A DNA stretch of 64,000 bases from Bacillota bacterium (GTDB lineage: Bacteria > Bacillota > DTU065), in assembly GCA_018435125.1 (NCBI GenBank), contig JAHDNZ010000029.1, positions 3,735-67,734 of the forward strand. Reading direction: 5' to 3'. Made by a program: the position numbers and the translations under genes. The notes under the pieces were generated by a model. It saw nothing but the letters and a program-made list of their open reading frames with translations, did no database searches and had not been told where the DNA came from. Shown piece by piece: positions 52,311 through 63,197 of this stretch (position 1 is the first letter of the stretch; the number at the start of each line of letters is the position of its first letter).

Positions 52311-53450
52311 TCACTTTTTACCTTTTAAGCGATCTACAAATCTTTCAAATGTGGACCTTGAATCGGGTTCAGGAGCTTGAATCTTTAATAGTTTTTCAAA
52401 GATCTCCCGCTCTTCCAAAGAAAGCCTGGTAGGTGTTACCACCTTAAAAGTAACTATGAGATCTCCCTTGTTGGAACTATTTAAAATGGTAATACCCTGA
52501 CCTCTTAGACGCCTTTGATCTCCGGACTGGATCCCGCTTGGGATTTTATAAGTCTCAAATGAGCCCTGAAGAGTAGGAATCTCAATTTCATCTCCCAGAG
52601 CTGCTTGGGCAAACGAGATCGGTACCTCTAAAAGCAGATCGGCTCCCTCTCGTTTAAAAACTTCATGGGGACGGACTCTGATATTGAGAATTAAATCTCC
52701 AAAAGGACCTCCCAATTCTCCTTTGCCGCCTTTGCCTCTGGCAATTACTCTGTTGCCGGTATCAACTCCCGGAGGAATCTTTATTTCCAGCTGTTCGTCC
52801 TGGTAGGCTCTGCCTTCACCTCTGCAATATGAACAGGGGGTTTTGGCCATTCGACCATCACCGCGGCAAACAGGACAAGGTCTTACAGTTACGCTGCGGC
52901 CAAAGATGGTATTAACCTCCTGCTTTATCTGACCCTGACCATGACACTCAGGGCATTGAGTAATCGGTGTCCCAGGCTCGGCACCATTGCCATTGCATTT
53001 TGGACAGATAGTCATGCGTTTATATTTAATATTTTTGGTCGTTCCGAAGGCTGCTTCTTCAAAAGAAATATCTATACTTATCGTAATATCCTGTCCTCTG
53101 GTTGGTCCTTTACGTCTACTGCCACCTGTAAAGCTGCCGAAGAGATCGAAGATATCCCCGATATCTCCGAAATCACCGAAAAAGTCGCCAAAAGGACCTG
53201 CTCCTCCGCCTGAGGCTTGATCAAAAGCAGCGTGACCAAACTGATCATATTTAGCCCGTGCTTCGTCATCACTTAAAACTTGATAAGCTTCGTTAATTTC
53301 TTTAAACTTTTCTTCAGCCTGAGGATCTTTTTTGTTTAAATCCGGATGATATTTTTTAGCTAGTTGACGATAAGCCTTTTTGAGATCATCTTTTGAAGCT
53401 TTTTTATCAACACCGAGTATTTCGTAATAATCTCTTTTATTCGCACTCAC
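52311..53450 (-). CDS. dnaJ: chaperone DnaJ
   Basis: J domain, G/F region and four CxxCxGxG repeats. Confidence 0.95.
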   Translation of the reverse strand: MSANKRDYYEILGVDKKASKDDLKKAYRQLAKKYHPDLNKKDPQAEEKFKEINEAYQVLSDDEARAKYDQFGHAAFDQASGGGAGPFGDFFGDFGDIGDIFDLFGSFTGGSRRKGPTRGQDITISIDISFEEAAFGTTKNIKYKRMTICPKCNGNGAEPGTPITQCPECHGQGQIKQEVNTIFGRSVTVRPCPVCRGDGRMAKTPCSYCRGEGRAYQDEQLEIKIPPGVDTGNRVIARGKGGKGELGGPFGDLILNIRVRPHEVFKREGADLLLEVPISFAQAALGDEIEIPTLQGSFETYKIPSGIQSGDQRRLRGQGITILNSSNKGDLIVTFKVVTPTRLSLEEREIFEKLLKIQAPEPDSRSTFERFVDRLKGKK

Positions 53451-53514
53451 TTAAAGAGCACCTCCAGCTTTAACCTGGGCTTAAAAAAGGGGCGGCCCTT
53501 ACCGCCCCTTTTAA

Positions 53515-55305
53515 TTATTCCACATCTACCTGATCTCCACCTGCTTCAGGTTGGGGGTCATCTTTTCCCTGAGTCTCTTTATAAATTTCTGCACTTAGAT
53601 CATAGAGTATTTTTTCAAGGTTATCTTTTTTAGATTTGATATCCTCTAAATTATCTGCTGCCAACGCATCACTAAGGTCCTTTTTGGCCTCTTCAACCTT
53701 GGCTTTTTGTTCTTCACTGACTTTATCTTTAACATCTTCCAGGGTTCTGTCTATCGAATAAAGCAATGTCTGTGCTTCATTTCTTAGTTCAATTTCCTGT
53801 TTTCTGGTTTCATCGTCAGCCTTGTGAGCTTCAGCGTCCTTAACCATTCTTTCAATTTCAGCCTCAGAAAGCGACTTGGAACCGGTGACCGTGATACGAT
53901 TTTCCCGTCCGGTACCTTTATCTTTGGCGGAAACATTGACAATACCATTGACATCTATATCAAAGGTAACTTCAATTTGCGGTACTCCTCTTCTCGCCGG
54001 TGGAATACCCTCAAGATTAAAGCTTCCCAGACTAATATTATCTTTGGCCAGTGGTCTTTCACCCTGCAAAACATTGATAGTTACAGCAGTTTGATTATCA
54101 GAAGCCGTGGTAAAGATCTGAGATTTACTGGTAGGAATAGTGGTATTGCGTTCAATCATCTTGCTGAAGATGCCACCTTCTGTTTCAATGCCAAGTGACA
54201 GAGGGGTTACGTCTAAAAGTACTATATCATGAACTTCTCCGCCAAGCACACCAGCTTGAATAGCTGCACCGATTGATACACATTCGTCGGGGTTGATACC
54301 TTTGTGGGGTTCTTTGCCTAGATACTTTTTAATTGCTTCTTGCACAGCTGGGATTCTGGTTGAGCCTCCGACAAGAATCACTTTGTCGATATCTGTGGGT
54401 TTTAGACCGGCATCGCTAAGAGCAACTTTGGTGGGTTCGATAGTTGCTTCCACTAAGTCTCTGGTAAGCTCGTCAAATTTGGCTCTGGTTAATGAAATTT
54501 CCAGATGCTTGGGACCATCTTTGGTTACCGTAATATAAGGAAGGTTAATAGTGGTGGAAAGAACATTGGAAAGCTCTTTTTTGGCATTTTCAGCGGCTTC
54601 TCCAAGTCTTTGCATGGCTTGTTTGTCTTTGCTTAAATCCACGCCTTCTTTGGTTTTAAATTCACTAACCAAATATTTAACCACTCGATTATCAAAATCG
54701 TCTCCACCAAGCTTAGTATTACCGCTAGTAGCTTTTACCTCAAAAACTCCGTCACCAATTTCAAGTATTGATACATCAAAAGTTCCTCCGCCTAAATCAA
54801 AGACCAAAATGGTCTCATTATCTTCCGCTTTATCTAGTCCATAGGCCATAGCTGCGGCTGTGGGTTCGTTAATAATTCTCAGTACTTCAAGTCCTGCTAT
54901 GCGACCGGCATCTTTGGTTGCCTGGCGTTGAGCATCCTTAAAATAGGCAGGTACAGTAATAACTGCCTGAGTTACTTTCTCTCCCAGATACTGCTCGGCA
55001 TCTTCTTTTAACTTCATTAGGACAAAAGCTGAGATCTCCTGAGGAGTATACTTTTTGCCGCTGATATCAGCTTTAAACTCGCTCCCCATATGCCTTTTAA
55101 TAGATGCAATAGTGCGATCAGGATTAAGAACTGCCTGACGTTTAGCCAATTCTCCTACCAGTTTTTCTCCGTCTTCTTTAAAAGCTACCACTGATGGTGT
55201 GGTACGATTGCCCTCGGCGTTTGTTATTACTATCGGTTCGCCGCCTTCCATTACTGCCACAACTGAATTTGTAGTACCTAAATCGATACCAATTATTTTA
55301 CCCAT
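53515..55305 (-). CDS. dnaK: chaperone DnaK (Hsp70)
   Basis: N-terminus [10 protein letters not shown]. 596 aa. Confidence 0.97.
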   Translation of the reverse strand: MGKIIGIDLGTTNSVVAVMEGGEPIVITNAEGNRTTPSVVAFKEDGEKLVGELAKRQAVLNPDRTIASIKRHMGSEFKADISGKKYTPQEISAFVLMKLKEDAEQYLGEKVTQAVITVPAYFKDAQRQATKDAGRIAGLEVLRIINEPTAAAMAYGLDKAEDNETILVFDLGGGTFDVSILEIGDGVFEVKATSGNTKLGGDDFDNRVVKYLVSEFKTKEGVDLSKDKQAMQRLGEAAENAKKELSNVLSTTINLPYITVTKDGPKHLEISLTRAKFDELTRDLVEATIEPTKVALSDAGLKPTDIDKVILVGGSTRIPAVQEAIKKYLGKEPHKGINPDECVSIGAAIQAGVLGGEVHDIVLLDVTPLSLGIETEGGIFSKMIERNTTIPTSKSQIFTTASDNQTAVTINVLQGERPLAKDNISLGSFNLEGIPPARRGVPQIEVTFDIDVNGIVNVSAKDKGTGRENRITVTGSKSLSEAEIERMVKDAEAHKADDETRKQEIELRNEAQTLLYSIDRTLEDVKDKVSEEQKAKVEEAKKDLSDALAADNLEDIKSKKDNLEKILYDLSAEIYKETQGKDDPQPEAGGDQVDVE

Positions 55306-55317
55306 TTGACCTACCTC

Positions 55318-55860
55318 CTACTTTGCAACCCTTACCATACTAGGGCGGATTAAATTACCACAAAAACAATAGCCTTTACGTAAATCCTCAACTACAGTGC
55401 CAGCTTCATACTCATCACTTACCACTTGGTCTATCGCCTGATGATAAGTGGGATCAAAGGGTTTACCTACAGCTTCTATAGGTTTTAGACCTTCTTTTTC
55501 TAAAACATCCCGCAGTTGTTTGAAGATCTGCAAAACACCGCTATCTCCCATCTCTTCTGCTTTTTCCAGGCTATCTAAAACCGGTAAAAGCTTGCTGATT
55601 AGATCGCTATTTGCCATCTGAAAGAGATCCTCTTTTTCTTTTTGAACACGGCGTTTATAATTGCTAAAATCAGCTTGCAGACGCAAATAGCGGTTTTTTA
55701 CCTCCTCTAGCTGTGTCTTTAAAAGAGCTGCTTTGTCAGCAAGAATATCTTCTTCTAAACCACATTCTGGCTTAGCCGGATCGTTAACAGTTTCCGCTTC
55801 AGTAGCCGTTATTTCCTCATCGGGTATAACCTTTTTTTCTAGCTCCTCGTTCACCGGCAA
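55318..55860 (-). CDS. grpE: nucleotide exchange factor GrpE
   Basis: 180 aa with the GrpE coiled-coil plus beta domain. Confidence 0.9.
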   Translation of the reverse strand: MPVNEELEKKVIPDEEITATEAETVNDPAKPECGLEEDILADKAALLKTQLEEVKNRYLRLQADFSNYKRRVQKEKEDLFQMANSDLISKLLPVLDSLEKAEEMGDSGVLQIFKQLRDVLEKEGLKPIEAVGKPFDPTYHQAIDQVVSDEYEAGTVVEDLRKGYCFCGNLIRPSMVRVAK

Positions 55861-55902
55861 AACCCTCCTTTATTTAATTATAATGATTCCTTAAAAACTT
55901 CT

Positions 55903-56934
55903 CTAAAAGGAGTCCATCAGTTCACTTAAAACTCCTGCTATCTCATCTACCAGTGTTATAGCCCGGCCATAGGCCATGCGAGTCGGACCTAAAACACCTA
56001 TTGTGCCCATAGATTGCCCATTGAGATAGTAAGTTGCCGTGACTAGACTAAGCTCTTTTAATTCTGGCTTAGTATTTTCCCCGCCAATAGAAACCTTAAC
56101 TCCGGAACTTGAAGCTAAATCAGAAAGAATATTGGCCAAGGTCTGCCTTTGTTCAATCATCTCTAACAAAAGCTTAGTTTTATCTAGATCCTGAAATTCC
56201 GGCTGCTCAAAAAGGTGTAACACTCCATCACAGATTAACATTTCGTGTTCCGGATCTTTAAATCTATCTTCCAGCAATTCCAAGAGACATTCTAGAAGGC
56301 CTTGGGCTTTTATCGAACTGTCTTTAATCTCTCTGATAATATTGCTGCCGATGGCTTCGATTTTAATACCCCTGAGTTTGCTGTTTAGATGGCTTGAGAT
56401 CTGTTCCAATTCATTGGGTGAGAAACTTTTTGGGGTAAAGATAATCTTATTTTCGACAATTCCCGGATCAATAACTATTATGGCCAGAATGTTATGGGGA
56501 TCTAATGAAACCAGTTGCAGATGTTTAAAAACTGCCTGGTGATGTTTGGGAATTACAGCCACAGAAATATACTCTGTCAGTTCTGCCAAGATCTTTGTCG
56601 ATCTGCGAATCAATTTTTCGATAGCCTCTTTTTTGAGCTTGGCTAACTGCGCTATCTTGGTATTTTCTTGTGCAGTAATTGGCTCTTTTTCTAAAAGAAC
56701 ATCCACATAATAACGGTAACCCTTATCAGAAGGTATTCTACCTGCAGAGGTGTGTGGCTGATACAGGTAACCGCTTTCTTCGAGATCGGCCATTTCATTG
56801 CGGATAGTAGCCGAACTGATGCCGAGTTTGTATCGGCTGGCAATTGTTCTTGAGCCCACCGGTTCAGCTGTATCTATATAGTCATCGGTGACAGCTCTTA
56901 GTATACATTTTTTACGTTCGTTAAGGTTGCTCAT
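55903..56934 (-). CDS. hrcA: heat-inducible transcription repressor HrcA
   Basis: Winged-helix N-terminus, about 343 aa. ATG with an AGGTGA RBS. CIRCE sits immediately upstream. Confidence 0.9.
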   Translation of the reverse strand: MSNLNERKKCILRAVTDDYIDTAEPVGSRTIASRYKLGISSATIRNEMADLEESGYLYQPHTSAGRIPSDKGYRYYVDVLLEKEPITAQENTKIAQLAKLKKEAIEKLIRRSTKILAELTEYISVAVIPKHHQAVFKHLQLVSLDPHNILAIIVIDPGIVENKIIFTPKSFSPNELEQISSHLNSKLRGIKIEAIGSNIIREIKDSSIKAQGLLECLLELLEDRFKDPEHEMLICDGVLHLFEQPEFQDLDKTKLLLEMIEQRQTLANILSDLASSSGVKVSIGGENTKPELKELSLVTATYYLNGQSMGTIGVLGPTRMAYGRAITLVDEIAGVLSELMDSF

Positions 56935-56954
56935 AGCTATCACCTAACCCTTCT

Positions 56955-56981
56955 TTAGCACTCGCTTATGATGAGTGCTAA
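56955..56981. promoter_or_regulatory. CIRCE operator (HrcA binding site)
   Basis: TTAGCACTC-gcttatgat-GAGTGCTAA, a perfect 9-N9-9 inverted repeat. Putative sigmaA promoter TTGACA-N17-TATCTT at 56995-57023 just upstream on the minus strand. Confidence 0.92.
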
Positions 56982-57058
56982 TACTTCATAAATAAAGATA
57001 CCACTAGCTCCTAGCATTGTCAACAATAACAAAATAAAACTGTAGTTAAAAAAACCTC

Positions 57059-58150
57059 CTAAAAAAAACGACTGATTACGGTATTCATTATAGGTAGGGC
57101 CTTTTTTGTCAATCTAATGTTAGGACCAACTTTTTCTAAAAGCCCTTCTTTTAATAAAAAAGCTGTCTCCGTAGGATAGAGCTCTTCTAGAGATCTATCC
57201 CCAAGCTGTTTGGGATTAAGTCCTTTTTTTAATCTTAGTCCTAACATAATATTTTCTTTTAGTAAAAGGTCAGCGGTTAGTTTTTCACTATCGGCTATAA
57301 TCCTTGAGTTATTTTTTAAGTTAGTGATATAAAGATCAGTTGAGGAGATATTCTTAAACCTTCGCCTCCCTAAACGGGATACAGCACCGGCACCTAGACC
57401 CAAATACTCTTTATTATGCCAGTAGATAAGATTGTGGTTGCACTCTTTATTTTCTTTGGCAAAGTTAGAGACCTCATACTGAAAAAACCCGTTGGCCTCC
57501 AAAATTTCCAACCCTAGATAATACATCTCTACAAATTCCTCATCAGCTATTTGCAGAAGGTTCTTCCGGAATAACTCACTGCCTGGTTCAAGCTGCAGAC
57601 CATAGTAAGAAATATGGTCCACAGGTAGTGCGACTGCGGTTTTTAAGGTCTTTTCTATAGAAATTATATCTGTCCCCGGGTAGCCATAGATAAGATCGAT
57701 ATTAATGTTTTTAAAACCAACCTCTCTGGCCAAATAAATTACCTCTTTAGCTTCACGGCTATTATGCAACCTTCCCATCAGCTGTAAGGTACTATCGTCA
57801 AAGCTTTGCACACCGATACTAAGTCGATTTATGCCTGAAAAAAGTAAGGCTTGAAGGTAGTCTCTATCGACAGTAGCCGGGTTAATCTCAATTGAAGCCT
57901 CTAAAAAGGGTCCATATGTTTGCTGCAATTTATGAATTAGTTCCACTAATAAAGCAGGCGGTACTACTGAGGGTGTACCGCCACCAATAAACAATGTAAG
58001 CCCCTCTACTTTAAACCGCTCGATTTCAATCTCTAAAGCATCGAGATAAGCTGCGATTTCTCCTTTTTTGGGGGGATGGGACAAAAAATCACAGTAGGTA
58101 CATTTTTTAAGGCAAAAAGGCAAATGTACATAAACTCCGGCTTTAATCAT
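57059..58150 (-). CDS. hemW: radical SAM heme chaperone HemW
   Basis: CxxxCxxC motif [10 protein letters not shown]. HemW-like length. Confidence 0.85.
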   Translation of the reverse strand: MIKAGVYVHLPFCLKKCTYCDFLSHPPKKGEIAAYLDALEIEIERFKVEGLTLFIGGGTPSVVPPALLVELIHKLQQTYGPFLEASIEINPATVDRDYLQALLFSGINRLSIGVQSFDDSTLQLMGRLHNSREAKEVIYLAREVGFKNINIDLIYGYPGTDIISIEKTLKTAVALPVDHISYYGLQLEPGSELFRKNLLQIADEEFVEMYYLGLEILEANGFFQYEVSNFAKENKECNHNLIYWHNKEYLGLGAGAVSRLGRRRFKNISSTDLYITNLKNNSRIIADSEKLTADLLLKENIMLGLRLKKGLNPKQLGDRSLEELYPTETAFLLKEGLLEKVGPNIRLTKKALPIMNTVISRFF

Positions 58151-59954
58151 CGTTATCAACCTTTAAAACAGCCATAAAGGCCTCTTGAGGTATCTCAACC
58201 TTACCGATTAGTTTCATCCTCTTTTTACCTTCTTTTTGTTTTTCAAGCAGTTTTCTTTTGCGGGAAATATCGCCACCATAGCATTTAGATAAAACATCTT
58301 TTCTCAGTGCTTTAACGGTCTCTCTGGCGATTACCTTACTACCAATGGCAGCCTGTATAGGTACCTCAAACATCTGCTCGGGAATTACTTCTTTGAGCTT
58401 TTTGGCCAACTGCCGTCCATAAAAGGCTGCCTTGTCCCGGTGAATTATAGCCGAAAGAGCATCAACCGGTTTGGAACTGATTAAGATATCGAGTTTGACC
58501 AAGTCGGCTTTTTCATAGGCGATTATTTCATAATCAAGGCTGGCATACCCTTGGGTGCTTGATTTTAGTTTGTCAAAAAAGTCCATCAGGATCTCTGAAA
58601 GAGGCAAAATATAGGTCAGGATTGTTCTAGTCGGATTTAAGTATTCCATGTTTTTAAAGGTGCCGCGCTTGTCCTGACAAAGCTGCATAATGGCTCCTAC
58701 ATATCTCTCTGGTGTAATAACAGTAGCTTTTACCATCGGTTCTCTAATCTCTGCGATCTCTTGCACCGATGGGAGCTTGGAAGGATTATCGATCTCCAAT
58801 TCCAGACCGCTTGTAGTGATAAGTTTGTAGATAACACTAGGTGCGGTAGTAATAAGACTGAGGTTATACTCCCTTTCTAAGCGTTCTTGAATAATATCCA
58901 GGTGTAAAAGTCCTAAAAAACCACATCTAAAACCAAAGCCAAGAGCAGCTGAAGTTTCGGGTTCAAAGACTAACGAAGCATCATTTAACTGCAATTTTTC
59001 TAAAGCTGTCCTCAGATCGGGAAACTGGTCGTTATCGACTGGATATAAACCGCAATAAACCATAGGTTTTACTTTTTTATAGCCAGGAAGCGGCTCTTTT
59101 GCCGGGTTGAGAGTGTTAATAATTGTATCGCCTACCTGAGTATCCTTAACATCCTTCATTACCGCTACTAGGTAACCAACTTCGCCTGTTTTAAGAGACT
59201 CAAAACTAACCTGAGATGGCATCATAGTACCTACTTCGGTAACTTCAAATGTTTTACCGGTTGAAAACATAGTGATTTTATCACCTGGTTTAACCGTCCC
59301 GTCAACCACCCTGATATAGGCTACAGCTCCTTTGTAAGAATCAAAGTAGGAATCAAAAATCAGAGCTCTTAAGGGATCATGGCTTATCCCTTTGGGAGCA
59401 GGAATCGTGTTAACAATTGCTTCTAAAACAGCTTCGACTCCCTTACCGGTTTTAGCACTAACCGGATAGACTGTCTCTAAACCAATTAATTCTTCAATCT
59501 CCCGTGAAACCTCATCAACATCAGCACTGGGAAGGTCGATCTTATTTATCACCGGAATAATAACCAAATCATGATCCAAAGCCTGGTAGAGATTGGCCAA
59601 GGTCTGAGCTTCAATTCCCTGGGTAGCATCTACTATAAGCAGCGCCCCCTCGCAAGCCGCCAAAGACCTGGAGACCTCATAACTAAAGTCTACATGGCCT
59701 GGTGTATCAATGAGATTTAGTTGATAGACCTCTCCGTCTTTAGCCTTATAGTGCATGCGAGTAGCTTTAGCTTTAATGGTAATTCCTCTTTCTCTTTCCA
59801 GTTCCATCGAATCAAGTAACTGCTCTTTCATCTCTCTTTCTGAGACGGTGTTGGTTAGCTCCAGGAGCCTGTCGGCCAGGGTAGATTTTCCATGATCGAT
59901 ATGAGCAATTATACAAAAGTTACGAATTTTATCTTGTTCTGTCAATTCCGGCAC
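58143..59954 (-). CDS. lepA: elongation factor 4
   Basis: 603 aa GTPase with the LepA C-terminal domain. Confidence 0.95.
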   Translation of the reverse strand: MPELTEQDKIRNFCIIAHIDHGKSTLADRLLELTNTVSEREMKEQLLDSMELERERGITIKAKATRMHYKAKDGEVYQLNLIDTPGHVDFSYEVSRSLAACEGALLIVDATQGIEAQTLANLYQALDHDLVIIPVINKIDLPSADVDEVSREIEELIGLETVYPVSAKTGKGVEAVLEAIVNTIPAPKGISHDPLRALIFDSYFDSYKGAVAYIRVVDGTVKPGDKITMFSTGKTFEVTEVGTMMPSQVSFESLKTGEVGYLVAVMKDVKDTQVGDTIINTLNPAKEPLPGYKKVKPMVYCGLYPVDNDQFPDLRTALEKLQLNDASLVFEPETSAALGFGFRCGFLGLLHLDIIQERLEREYNLSLITTAPSVIYKLITTSGLELEIDNPSKLPSVQEIAEIREPMVKATVITPERYVGAIMQLCQDKRGTFKNMEYLNPTRTILTYILPLSEILMDFFDKLKSSTQGYASLDYEIIAYEKADLVKLDILISSKPVDALSAIIHRDKAAFYGRQLAKKLKEVIPEQMFEVPIQAAIGSKVIARETVKALRKDVLSKCYGGDISRKRKLLEKQKEGKKRMKLIGKVEIPQEAFMAVLKVDNDD

Positions 59955-59984
59955 CTCCTGAACCTTGTTGGTAAAATAGTTATA

Positions 59985-61331
59985 TCAATTAATTATAGCA
60001 TCTGGCTTTGGTGGGAGCAACTCAGTGAGTTGAACCTGACATTCCTTTAACCTGGTGACAGTAACAATTACATCTTTTAGTCCATCCAGATAAATAAGCT
60101 CCACTAAAAGACTTACCTCGGTTAACGGTGGTTTTAGGGGATCAAAGATAAAGTTACCCACGCTATAAAAAATAGGTTTACTCCTATAAAAGATCCAGGG
60201 TTTAATCACATGGGGATGATGACCAAAAACCACATCACCACCAGCCTCTATAATAGATAAGGCCAGGGTTTTCTCTTCTTGGGTAATTTTTTTAGCATAC
60301 TCAATCCCCCAATGAAGACTAACTATCACTACATCAGCCTGGCTTTTTAACCTTTTAACATCAGCGCAGATTAAGGCCTTATCCAAAGGAGCTACCCCCG
60401 GGTAATCGCCTGCTATCCAATTAATACCGGCTCGGCTATATAAAAACCAGGTCTCGGTATAAGCCAAAAAGCCTACCTTTAATCCCTTTACAGTTAATAT
60501 TTCACCAGCTGTAGCATCTTTGAGAGTCATACCTGAACCAACCTGTTTAATACCGGCTTCGCTTAAAAGCTCCCAGGTCTCAAACAGACATTCCTGATGA
60601 TAGTCAAGAACATGGTTGTTGGCTAAGCTAACAATATCTATGCCGGCTCGTTTTAGTCCGTCTACTACTCTGGGATGAGCTCTAAAAAGATTAATGAACT
60701 CTCCCGTGCTACAAGTAGGTGCCTCTAGATTAGCAAAGACCAGATCGGCAGCTAATAAGCGTTCTTTAACCGGCAAAAAAGGGTAGTCTGCTCCTTCTAA
60801 TTTGATATACTCTCCCACTTTACGTCCTAACATAATATCTCCCACAAGAGCCACTCGTACTGGATTTAACTCCAGTCTGATAGCCTCACTAGCTTGATTT
60901 ACCCTAAATCGTCTCCATCCCTGCCATAACTTTTCTAACCAAGTTAACTTCCTTATGGCTAGCTTAATCTCACGTTTATTTAGATACTTTTCTTCAAAGG
61001 GATATTGGCCATTAACCGGCATAGTTTTCTGCTCCGGTTTTTTACTTAGATAGGGAATCCAAAAGCTATTTTTATCAGGATAGCTTTCACACAAAGCCAA
61101 GGGTTCAAAACCTATGGTTCTTCCCTCGGTAAGGCTTAGATAAAAATCGGCTTTAGAAAAGATAGTTGTGTAGACCAGACCATTTTGACGCGCAACTAAT
61201 AAAGCTACCTGTTTTAATTCTAACGGTGCATAGACGGTAAGCGGTTCGATGCTTGCTGCAATTTTAAGTAGCCATAAAAATAAACAAACACTCCCAGATA
61301 AATGTAGTTTTTTTTTAGGCATAATTAACAC
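59985..61331 (-). CDS. CapA/PgsA-family metallophosphatase-like protein with N-terminal extension
   Basis: Calcineurin-like motifs (VALVGDIMLGR, ANNHVLDY, HWGIEY, VVFGHHPHV). Confidence 0.65.
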   Translation of the reverse strand: MLIMPKKKLHLSGSVCLFLWLLKIAASIEPLTVYAPLELKQVALLVARQNGLVYTTIFSKADFYLSLTEGRTIGFEPLALCESYPDKNSFWIPYLSKKPEQKTMPVNGQYPFEEKYLNKREIKLAIRKLTWLEKLWQGWRRFRVNQASEAIRLELNPVRVALVGDIMLGRKVGEYIKLEGADYPFLPVKERLLAADLVFANLEAPTCSTGEFINLFRAHPRVVDGLKRAGIDIVSLANNHVLDYHQECLFETWELLSEAGIKQVGSGMTLKDATAGEILTVKGLKVGFLAYTETWFLYSRAGINWIAGDYPGVAPLDKALICADVKRLKSQADVVIVSLHWGIEYAKKITQEEKTLALSIIEAGGDVVFGHHPHVIKPWIFYRSKPIFYSVGNFIFDPLKPPLTEVSLLVELIYLDGLKDVIVTVTRLKECQVQLTELLPPKPDAIIN

Positions 61332-61504
61332 CTCAAATTATCCTACGTCTAAAGACTTGTCCCTATCACCTTAAGAATGATTCAACAAGTTTTAATAAAA
61401 AAAAGCACCTACCCTTATATTAAGAAAGGTAAGTTTTGGCTTATCTCAACCAAATTAGTACCAACATTCTCAAACCTGTTCTATGAAGTTTTTCCCCGTC
61501 CTGT

Positions 61505-61552
61505 TTTTTAATAAAAAAAAGTCTGACCCTTAAAACCAAACTTTGGCCAGAC
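61505..61552 (-). terminator. terminator after the 139-aa gene
   Basis: Hairpin GUCUGGCC...GGGUCAGAC followed by U8 on the minus strand. Confidence 0.65.
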
Positions 61553-61603
61553 TAAATAATTTCTTATAGTGTTTCTCTAAGATTAAGGCCTGTATACCCA
61601 GTA

Positions 61604-62023
61604 TTATTTCAAAATACGATAAGTAAGCGAGAGGCAAATTATCGCCATTATAAATTGGGCTAACACACCACACGGGAAAGACCTTTGGGGATGCTTAATC
61701 TTGCCGTTATGGCTAGGATAAATTCCTTTCAGCTTATAATTCGGGAAAAGATGCTTTAGTACTACTTCTAAATCAGGAACAGTGGCCCCAAAAGCTCCCC
61801 AGAACAAAGCTAAAGAGAGATTAGGAAAACTTGTCCGAAAAAACCGTAAGGTAACAAGACCTAAGCCTAGATCCAAGCAAGCTGCCCTCACAGTACCATA
61901 ATCGTGGTGGGGGATCGAATCTAGGGCTCCGTGACTAATTAAGCCTAGTCCCAAGGCTAGAGAAGGGTTTTTAACTAGAGCCCCGGCTAACAGTCCGGCA
62001 CTTAAATGGCTACTAAAATACAT
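61604..62023 (-). CDS. small membrane protein, possible metal-dependent hydrolase-like (YdjM/DUF457-type)
   Basis: 139 aa. His-rich conserved positions (SHLSAG, HGALDSIPHHD). 3 nt from spoIIP. Confidence 0.45.
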   Translation of the reverse strand: MYFSSHLSAGLLAGALVKNPSLALGLGLISHGALDSIPHHDYGTVRAACLDLGLGLVTLRFFRTSFPNLSLALFWGAFGATVPDLEVVLKHLFPNYKLKGIYPSHNGKIKHPQRSFPCGVLAQFIMAIICLSLTYRILK

Positions 62024-62025
62024 CT

Positions 62026-63138
62026 CTATCTCACCTCAAGTAAAAGATCGCGAATAATCGGTGCAAGCAGTCTGGCTGTATACTGTGCTTCTGCATTGGT
62101 GTTACAATCATTACCGATTTCTATTAAAAGTGAACCTGGATGCAAATGCTGGTTATAAGCACCTGTCTTCAGAATTGCCCCGCGGCAAAGACCCGGATAA
62201 CGCGAGTTAATTAGATTTATTAGACGCTTAGCCAGTTCTCTGTTTAAACTGCTATCCCAGCGGCGACTGCTTCTTTCTCCCGTAGCTACCACCAAAGCAA
62301 CCTGCGCAGCGTATTGACCGTTAATGGCAATTCTAAAAGGGTCTTCTCCTACAGCTCCATCGCGATGAATATCTAAGACCAGGCGTGTATCACTAAAACG
62401 ATTTAATGCCTCTTTGACGGATTCCTCACTATAGACATAAGCCATACGAAAGATCTGACCATCATGAATCTTTTTTATTCGGTAAACGTTGACACCCAGT
62501 CTTAACAGCTGTTCTTCGAGTTGTACTGCTACCCCTATTACACCCGCATCTTCACGCCAAGAGCCAAAACAATAATCGATACTTTCATCCTTGTGATTGG
62601 AACCGATTATTCCATGGTAAGCTTCAGAAGAATGGGTGTTATAGACAATAACTTCGACATTACTACTTCTTTTTTCCTCTTGAAGTGTTTTACTAGTTTG
62701 TATTTGGGACTCCTGAGTCACAGGTGCTGCCTCTACAATTAATTGCTGTTGTTTAATAAGCGTGGTAGCACTCTCAGTTGATTTTTCTGCAGGAGGCACC
62801 ATATAAAAAGCCGGTAAAGACTCTGCCACAATGCTTTTGGCTGAGAGAAAACCGCCTTCTGTAAAGGTAAATAAAAGGCTGGCCAATAACCCAACTTGAG
62901 GTTCTTCTTCTCTGCCTAAGGAAATATGCATTTCTTGTATACCAGGAAATGATGTATTCAGTATGGTTTGCAAAAGAGGAGTATCCAGGACTAAAATATT
63001 GGAAAAGTAGCCTGCAACTGATAAAACTATGCCTATAAAAATAAAAGCTGCTGCAGCGGCAGCTATCTCAATTATCTGACGCTGCCAGCGATGTTTATAA
63101 CGAATGTGCCAGATTACTAGAAAGGATTTTCTAGTCAT
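62026..63138 (-). CDS. spoIIP: stage II sporulation protein P
   Basis: 370 aa with a TM anchor and an amidase-like domain (VIVYNTHSSEAY). Confidence 0.9.
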   Translation of the reverse strand: MTRKSFLVIWHIRYKHRWQRQIIEIAAAAAAFIFIGIVLSVAGYFSNILVLDTPLLQTILNTSFPGIQEMHISLGREEEPQVGLLASLLFTFTEGGFLSAKSIVAESLPAFYMVPPAEKSTESATTLIKQQQLIVEAAPVTQESQIQTSKTLQEEKRSSNVEVIVYNTHSSEAYHGIIGSNHKDESIDYCFGSWREDAGVIGVAVQLEEQLLRLGVNVYRIKKIHDGQIFRMAYVYSEESVKEALNRFSDTRLVLDIHRDGAVGEDPFRIAINGQYAAQVALVVATGERSSRRWDSSLNRELAKRLINLINSRYPGLCRGAILKTGAYNQHLHPGSLLIEIGNDCNTNAEAQYTARLLAPIIRDLLLEVR

Positions 63139-63167
63139 ATTCTCACTCCTAGGTATACTACTAAGCA

Positions 63168-63197
63168 GTAATATGCCTAAGTGTTTTTTAATATGTC
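63168..63197 (-). promoter_or_regulatory. sigmaE-type sporulation promoter for spoIIP (ATATT-N14-CATATTAC)
   Basis: The -35 element gacATATT and the -10 element CATATTAC are separated by a 14-nt spacer. About 30 nt upstream of the AGGAGTG RBS and ATG. Confidence 0.45.
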
